Both the position numbers and the translations under genes were made by a program. A stretch of DNA of 64,000 bases from a virus (taxonomy: Duplodnaviria > Caudoviricetes): the IMG/VR virus record IMGVR_UViG_3300032007_000027. The stretch is one strand, 5' to 3'. Shown piece after piece: positions 58,160 through 64,000 of this stretch; position 1 is the stretch's first letter; each line of letters opens with the position of its first letter. The notes beneath the pieces are model-generated. The model made no database searches. It was not told the origin of the DNA and saw only the letters and a list, made by a program, of their open reading frames with translations.

Positions 58160-59869
58160 TTATTTATTATATACTTCTATTTCAATAGATTCTGAAAGCA
58201 AATCTGTAATCTTAACTCTTATTGTTCCGCTATTTTCTGGAATATCATATACACCTTTCACAATTTCATTCTTAGATGGAATATCAATGCATGACGGTTG
58301 TAATACTTCCCCATTATAATTCCAATCAATCATAATTGAATCTACAAGTTGATGCCATGATTCAATAGCATCTTTTTGAACTTTTTTCATAAGATTTGCC
58401 GGATAGAATGATTTTATTATCAATCTATTATTATCACAAACAATATCTGCTTCGGCTGTATGTTTTAACTGCAAATACAGTTCATCTTTTAAAATATCAA
58501 GTATTTCAATATCAATATTATATGTAATTTGGTTTTCAAACGATTCTTTCAAATCCGGCTCATGTCCCATGCATATTACAGTAATCCGTTCAACCGGTTG
58601 ATTAGGATTATTATTGTTACGTTTGCGATATACATCATAAGGAAGATTTCCAAGAATACCTTTCAAATCATCTTTATTTGTTATGCGGTTGATCGGCATT
58701 ATCTTAACCATTCTACCGTTTAATTCACCGTCCCATACATCACTTTTTGAAAACGCATGAATACCTAAAGATTCAATTATCATCTCTTTAGCTTTAACTG
58801 GATTAGAAAAAATACCATAATTGTTTACATTGTATACTTCAAAATTAGTATACTTAATTTCATTAAAAAATTCGTTATTTAACTGTTTAGCCACAGATAA
58901 CAACCGTTTTGTAGTTGTCTGTATTGAAGCTAAATTGATATCAGCACCAATAAACCTTCTACCTAATTTCATAGCTACTGTTTGAGTTGTACCGCTACCC
59001 ATGAAACAATCAAAGATTAAATCCCCCGGATTTGATGATGCTTTTATAATTCTTTCAATAAGTGTTTCCGGCTTTTGAGTAGGATATCCGGTACGTGCAT
59101 TTGCTGATGGTGCTTCAATAGGGATATCTAAAACATCTTCAGGGTATTTACCAAGTGGGTTCAATGTATATGTTCCGTAATCAATGCCATTGCGAATATT
59201 GTTTAAAGTATGGCTGACACGTTCAATTGTAGCTGCAGAATAGTCTGTACGGATATCATCCGCATTAAACGTATATTTTGAAGTTTTTGAATACAAAAAT
59301 ATATTGTCATGACGTTTAGCCCAGCACCCTTTTGGTGTTCCTGCACCGGAATAGTGCCATACAATCTCATTGACAAAATTTTCTGAACCAAATACCTCAT
59401 CCATTATCATTCTTAAATGATGTGATTTATGCCAGTCACAGTGCAAATAAATACATCCTTTGTCTGATAACAGTTCACGCATTATAATCAATCGTTCATA
59501 CATGAATTGAAGAAAATCATCATTGACCCAAGTATCACTAAACTGTTTTTCTTCAAAACTATACTTTTTAGATTTTCCATGAAGTTCAATTCTTTTCTTA
59601 TAATCTGTTTTGCTGTCAAACGGTGGATCTATATAGATTAAATCAATCTTTCCTTTATAATCTTTTATGAGATGACTCATTACTTGTAAGTTATCACCCC
59701 AAAAAAGTTTGTTCTTCCATTCATTATTGTTATCAATATATGATTCGCATAATTTAGCTGGATAATATTTTGTAGAATAATACGGACGCTTGCCATGCCA
59801 TATTAATTCCGGCAAGCTTTTATGATGTTCAAATTCAAAAATAGTTTCGCTCATAACAGATGTTTCCAT
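58160..59869 (-). CDS. Site-specific DNA methyltransferase (N6/N4, Mod-like)
   Basis: GDNL, LIYIDPPF, YPTQKP, DCFMGSGTT. Confidence 0.9.
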   Translation of the reverse strand: METSVMSETIFEFEHHKSLPELIWHGKRPYYSTKYYPAKLCESYIDNNNEWKNKLFWGDNLQVMSHLIKDYKGKIDLIYIDPPFDSKTDYKKRIELHGKSKKYSFEEKQFSDTWVNDDFLQFMYERLIIMRELLSDKGCIYLHCDWHKSHHLRMIMDEVFGSENFVNEIVWHYSGAGTPKGCWAKRHDNIFLYSKTSKYTFNADDIRTDYSAATIERVSHTLNNIRNGIDYGTYTLNPLGKYPEDVLDIPIEAPSANARTGYPTQKPETLIERIIKASSNPGDLIFDCFMGSGTTQTVAMKLGRRFIGADINLASIQTTTKRLLSVAKQLNNEFFNEIKYTNFEVYNVNNYGIFSNPVKAKEMIIESLGIHAFSKSDVWDGELNGRMVKIMPINRITNKDDLKGILGNLPYDVYRKRNNNNPNQPVERITVICMGHEPDLKESFENQITYNIDIEILDILKDELYLQLKHTAEADIVCDNNRLIIKSFYPANLMKKVQKDAIESWHQLVDSIMIDWNYNGEVLQPSCIDIPSKNEIVKGVYDIPENSGTIRVKITDLLSESIEIEVYNK

Positions 59870-59903
59870 GCATAATAATACTTATTATACACATGTTTTG
59901 AAA

Positions 59904-62195
59904 CTATTTCATCGTATTTTTAAATACCATATAATAACTTGTTTCAAACGGTGTGAATGAATAGGTCTTATCATTAACATAGGTATTATCAGACTTGTTC
60001 ACAAAGCTTGATTCATTCAAGATATAACCCTCGGTTAGATAGTTATCATTAATAGCATTCTCACGGAAATATAGATATCTGCCTACATCTGAATAGGTGT
60101 TATCATTATCAAGAGTATCTGTAAAAGTAAGATACCATCCATTTGCATCGGTGTTTTCAATGGTAAATGAATCTTCTGCATACCTAGTACATGACGGTAC
60201 TAAACAATCAATAGAATCCGATGTTACTTTTCTATAACCGTAATTTATATATGTATTATATATATCTGTCTTATAATTTTTTCTTATTGAAACACCCTCG
60301 ATGATACTACCATTTAAATATGTATCTGGATTGTCATTAGTATAGTTATAGAATGTATCGCCAGAACCGCTTAAAATGCCGTTTTGCTGATTCTTAACAT
60401 CATAAGATGATATACCTATTGTACCGCTATAACCATTCGTTATTTCAAGCTTTATATTAGGTCTATTGTTTTCCTGCTGAACAAGATTTGATTTGATGGT
60501 AACAGACCCAAGACTTAATACGTAATCCTCATTCTCATTACATGCAGTAACATCAAAATTATGAGTAAATGAACCGTTTACCCTTGCATTTGTATTCTTG
60601 TTTTCACTTGCAAATGATAAGTTTTTGCTGCCGTTTGCATAACCGGTAACAGTAAGCTTATTACGTGTCTTATAATCTATGTTTGTGATTGAATCAGAGT
60701 AATTACAATTAAGGTTATTTATATATACATAAGTCTTATAATTTTCTGAATCAATAAGTTCTACATACAGATTACTTCCCTCAAAATATAATGAGGAAAA
60801 ATCAAAAATCTGCTGCTCTCTGTTTGCTTTTGTCAATGTTCTTATAAATCCATGCCCGAAATCATCATATATTCTAAACAAAGTAAGATGATATATATCG
60901 ATAGTAAGATGTATATTAAAAGCATTATTATAAGCATTTGCGATATTGTTATAGTTTGTAATATTTGAATAGCATTCATCATAACCGGTCAAATATTGAT
61001 AAGGTTCACCGGAGATATTGAGCGCATTACGTTCATCATCTACAAAGTAATAGTTATCATCTGTATACCCTAGATACAGTTCAAAATCAATATCCATCTC
61101 ATCATAGTATACAAAGTTCCATTCAATAATATCATTGTTAGGAACAGCGCGATAACCTAGGAATTTTTGAATCGGTGTATCAGTGTTTCTATAGTTTATA
61201 TAGTTAGCATCGATATGAGCCTGTGATTCCCAGTTAATACTGTTAAAGATATCAGTTTTCAAGTAGTATACACAGCCGTTATCATAGATAGTCATACCGT
61301 TTGAAAGTATATACTGTTTACATGGAACATCACGGTTGGTAAAGGTCTTAACCGCCGGTTGTTCATCAATATAAATCAGTTCTACATTTTCTAAATCTTC
61401 ATCGGTATAGAACTTTCCTGTATGATAGTTAATCTGGGTATGCAGTAATTCAAGAAGTTCCTCATAAGGACAGAAGTACCATATAATAAGGTAATCTGCT
61501 GCAGTGCTGTCAAGGATTATATAAGCTATAGAAGTATTTAATGAAATACCGAAATAATCTCTGAAATCAGAAACATCTAATAAAGTCTGTGAATCTGTTG
61601 TCCAGCCTACCGGATGCGCAATCTTTTTCATAAAGTTAGTAAAGATTGATTCATGCAGAGAGCCATCATATTTTAAGTGTAAAGGCGGTTCTTCCGTAAG
61701 CTTTAAATCATTAAGAATATATCCACGTTCAAGAAAGATACTGAACTCATAGATATAGTTAATCGCTTCCTTATTGCCGGAACTCTGCTGAAAATATCTG
61801 AAACCACCTAGATATTCTGAGGTGATAACCTTATGCAAGCTGTCAAATATCGGGGAATCGTAAGATCTGACTTTGATTGCAGTCTTTACATCTTTATCAA
61901 TTGCGGTTTCTTCAATGAGTTTATATAACACATTTAAATAGAACTGAACAAGACCTTTTTTGATGTTTTCTTTAGATAATCTTACAATTTTTGTGTCTTT
62001 TTGAACAACACGATTATTATTGTCATCTATGTAGAAGTAATCAGTACTATCAATATCAAAAAGTCTTGAAATCTTGGTAGCAACTTGGGCATCCTTTCTT
62101 AACTGCGAGATGAATGCTTTCATGCAGTACTTAACTACCGGTATGTTTTTGATATTGTCAGGTGTTATTGACTCAAATATGTTTTGAAGATCCAT
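59904..62195 (-). CDS. Putative baseplate/structural protein
   Basis: Late promoter; ..G.KEAI.YIY..AHPVGW N-terminus reminiscent of gp7-like wedge proteins. Confidence 0.5.
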   Translation of the reverse strand: MDLQNIFESITPDNIKNIPVVKYCMKAFISQLRKDAQVATKISRLFDIDSTDYFYIDDNNNRVVQKDTKIVRLSKENIKKGLVQFYLNVLYKLIEETAIDKDVKTAIKVRSYDSPIFDSLHKVITSEYLGGFRYFQQSSGNKEAINYIYEFSIFLERGYILNDLKLTEEPPLHLKYDGSLHESIFTNFMKKIAHPVGWTTDSQTLLDVSDFRDYFGISLNTSIAYIILDSTAADYLIIWYFCPYEELLELLHTQINYHTGKFYTDEDLENVELIYIDEQPAVKTFTNRDVPCKQYILSNGMTIYDNGCVYYLKTDIFNSINWESQAHIDANYINYRNTDTPIQKFLGYRAVPNNDIIEWNFVYYDEMDIDFELYLGYTDDNYYFVDDERNALNISGEPYQYLTGYDECYSNITNYNNIANAYNNAFNIHLTIDIYHLTLFRIYDDFGHGFIRTLTKANREQQIFDFSSLYFEGSNLYVELIDSENYKTYVYINNLNCNYSDSITNIDYKTRNKLTVTGYANGSKNLSFASENKNTNARVNGSFTHNFDVTACNENEDYVLSLGSVTIKSNLVQQENNRPNIKLEITNGYSGTIGISSYDVKNQQNGILSGSGDTFYNYTNDNPDTYLNGSIIEGVSIRKNYKTDIYNTYINYGYRKVTSDSIDCLVPSCTRYAEDSFTIENTDANGWYLTFTDTLDNDNTYSDVGRYLYFRENAINDNYLTEGYILNESSFVNKSDNTYVNDKTYSFTPFETSYYMVFKNTMK

Positions 62196-62326
62196 CTTGA
62201 ACCCCGTTTTTAAGTATTTTTTATTTATATTTATATAATATATATAATAATATTAATAATTTTTAATAAAATCATAGTAAAATCCGTTGAAAAACGTGTT
62301 TTTAGAGTGATTTTGGGGTGAAAAAG

Positions 62327-62567
62327 GGGATTTTAGACTGTTTTATCCATGAAAATCGGCTTAAAACAGCTTTCCGGCATTGAAAATAGGGTATTTTTAT
62401 GATTTTTTATATATTTATTATATATATAATATATAAAAATAAAAAATTTTAATGATTTTATGGTGTTTTTGATGGTAAAAATGGGATTTTAGACTGTTTT
62501 CTCCATGAAAATCGGCTAAAAACAGCTTTCCGGCATTGAAAATATGGTATTTTTAATGATTTTTTAT
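62327..62567 (+). repeat. ~85-bp direct repeat pair in an AT-rich intergenic region
   Basis: GGGATTTTAGACTGTTTT..CCATGAAAATCGGCT..AACAGCTTTCCGGCATTGAAAATA at ~62327 and ~62484. Confidence 0.85.
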
Positions 62568-62754
62568 ATTCCTCACAAAACCCCACACCTTTAGGTGTGG
62601 GGATTAAGGCAATAAAAATTAAAATTACTTGATATATAAATTTGTTTTAAAAAAGTGATATACTTCAACGTTTTAAATATTATCTACTATTCATTAACAA
62701 TGAAATTAAGGTTAACTAAGTTCCTAAAATTGGTTTTAATTTAGGGACAGTTCC
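62568..62754 (-). mobile_element. Chimeric remnant: IS200/605 end joined to a TnpB-cassette left end
   Basis: TTTAT|ATTCCTCACAAAACCCCACACC.. hairpin; ~120 bp inverted copy of 56186-56305 including the TIR. Confidence 0.75.
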
Positions 62755-63932
62755 TAATCCCTATTACCCTTTTCAGTAAAAGTTAAAACATCTGAAGTAT
62801 TTCCGGATCCTTGTTGTCCATAAAAACCCCATCCACAACCATATAACTTATTATTATTGTTTATATACCAAGTTGTATATTGAGAACAACTAACTTCTTT
62901 AACATTTGATGCTCTTTTAGTAAAAGTTAAAACATAATATGAAGTATTTCCGGATCCTTGTTGTCCATAAGAACCCAATCCACAACCATAAAGATTATTA
63001 TTATTGTCTATATACCAAGTTGTATTTTCTGAACAAAAAACTTCTTTAACATTAGATGCTCTTTTAGTAAATGTTAAAACACTTGAAGTACCACCAGATC
63101 CTTGTTGTCCAGAAAAACCAGATCCACAACCATATAAATTATTATTGTTATCTATATACCAAGTTGTATCTTCAGAGCAAACAACTTCTTTAACATTAGA
63201 TGCTCTTTTAGTAAATGTTAAAACATTTTCTGTGTCTCCAGATCCTTGTTGCCCACCATAAGAACCCTTTCCACAACCATATAAATTATTATTGTTATCT
63301 ATATACCAAGTTGTATCTTCAGAGCAAACAACTTCTTTAACATTAGATGCTCTTTTAGTAAATGTTAAAACATTTTCTGTGTCTCCAGATCCTTGTTGCC
63401 CATAAGAACCCTTTCCACAACCATATAAATTATTATTGTTATCTATATACCAAGTTGTATCTTCAGAGCAAACAACTTCTTTAACATTAGATGCTCTTTT
63501 AGTAAAAGTTGAAACATTTGAAGTACCACCAGATCCTTGTTGTCCATACTCATTACTTCCACAACCATATAAATTATTATTATTGTCTATATACCAAATT
63601 GTATCTTCAGTGCAAGCAACGACTTTAACATTAGATGCTCTTTTAGTAAATGTTGGTTCTAAAAAAGTAGTTCCACAACCATATAAATCACCCGAATCAG
63701 TTATATACCAAGTTTTATAATTAGAACAACTAACTTCTTTAACATTAGATGCTCTTTTAGTAAATGTTAAAACATTTTCTCTGGTTAAAACATTTTCTCT
63801 TCCAGATCCTTGTTGACTAAAAGTATCTTCTCCACAACCGTATAAATCACCGGAATCAGTTATATACCAAGTTGTATATGTAGAGCAGCATACTTTAACT
63901 ACTTTTTTGCCTATAATTCTGCTAATAGCCAT
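62754..63932 (-). CDS. RCC1-like beta-propeller repeat protein
   Basis: ~49-aa repeats V.CS..TTWYI....LYGCG....GQQGSG. Confidence 0.85.
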   Translation of the reverse strand: MAISRIIGKKVVKVCCSTYTTWYITDSGDLYGCGEDTFSQQGSGRENVLTRENVLTFTKRASNVKEVSCSNYKTWYITDSGDLYGCGTTFLEPTFTKRASNVKVVACTEDTIWYIDNNNNLYGCGSNEYGQQGSGGTSNVSTFTKRASNVKEVVCSEDTTWYIDNNNNLYGCGKGSYGQQGSGDTENVLTFTKRASNVKEVVCSEDTTWYIDNNNNLYGCGKGSYGGQQGSGDTENVLTFTKRASNVKEVVCSEDTTWYIDNNNNLYGCGSGFSGQQGSGGTSSVLTFTKRASNVKEVFCSENTTWYIDNNNNLYGCGLGSYGQQGSGNTSYYVLTFTKRASNVKEVSCSQYTTWYINNNNKLYGCGWGFYGQQGSGNTSDVLTFTEKGNRD

Positions 63933-64000
63933 TCTAAGATTATCAATTTTAAACGTTCCTAAAGTATATTCATAACCGTCAAATGATATAACCTCACCTG

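Noticed and set aside
62754-63932. RCC1-like repeats as DGR VR/TR pairs
   Set aside because: They are ordinary in-frame coding repeats, and the differences are not adenine-specific.
1-64000. Stop-codon reassignment, tRNA or rRNA genes
   Set aside because: Core genes are intact in the standard code, and no tRNA/rRNA was recognised by eye (tRNAscan not run).

Overview
AT-rich segment of a large T4-like (myovirus) phage genome. It carries the prohead protease and scaffold, neck, tail tube, baseplate, two paralogous tail fibres, clamp loader, topoisomerase, NrdD/NrdG, RNA ligase and four orphan DNA methyltransferases, with T4-type TATAAATA late promoters. CRP-box promoters suggest a gammaproteobacterial host (inference). 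The main unexplained structure is a family of transposase-less elements bounded by ~29-30 bp terminal inverted repeats (GGAA[CT/TA]GTC...) and 3-4 bp target duplications, which carry interchangeable RNA-guided cargo. One carries IscB+omegaRNA (37199-38781), one a TnpB-like nuclease+RNA (56186-58108), and one, probably two, carry a promoter and RNA only (42281-42716; 45032-45348). In each, one TIR is folded into the terminal stem of the putative guide-RNA scaffold. A canonical IS200/IS605 IscB-TnpA element (42814-44829) and two of these cassettes sit in or next to the avd gene of a diversity-generating retroelement whose target is a tail fibre; its TR and RT were not seen in the window. Other items: poly-G tracts in both tail fibres and a methylase, a Met1 intein in NrdD, a tandem array of three tiny sRNA-like units, a large set of putative capsid-targeted internal proteins, and dispersed palindromic repeat arrays. 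All family assignments come from motif recognition by eye; no searches were run.
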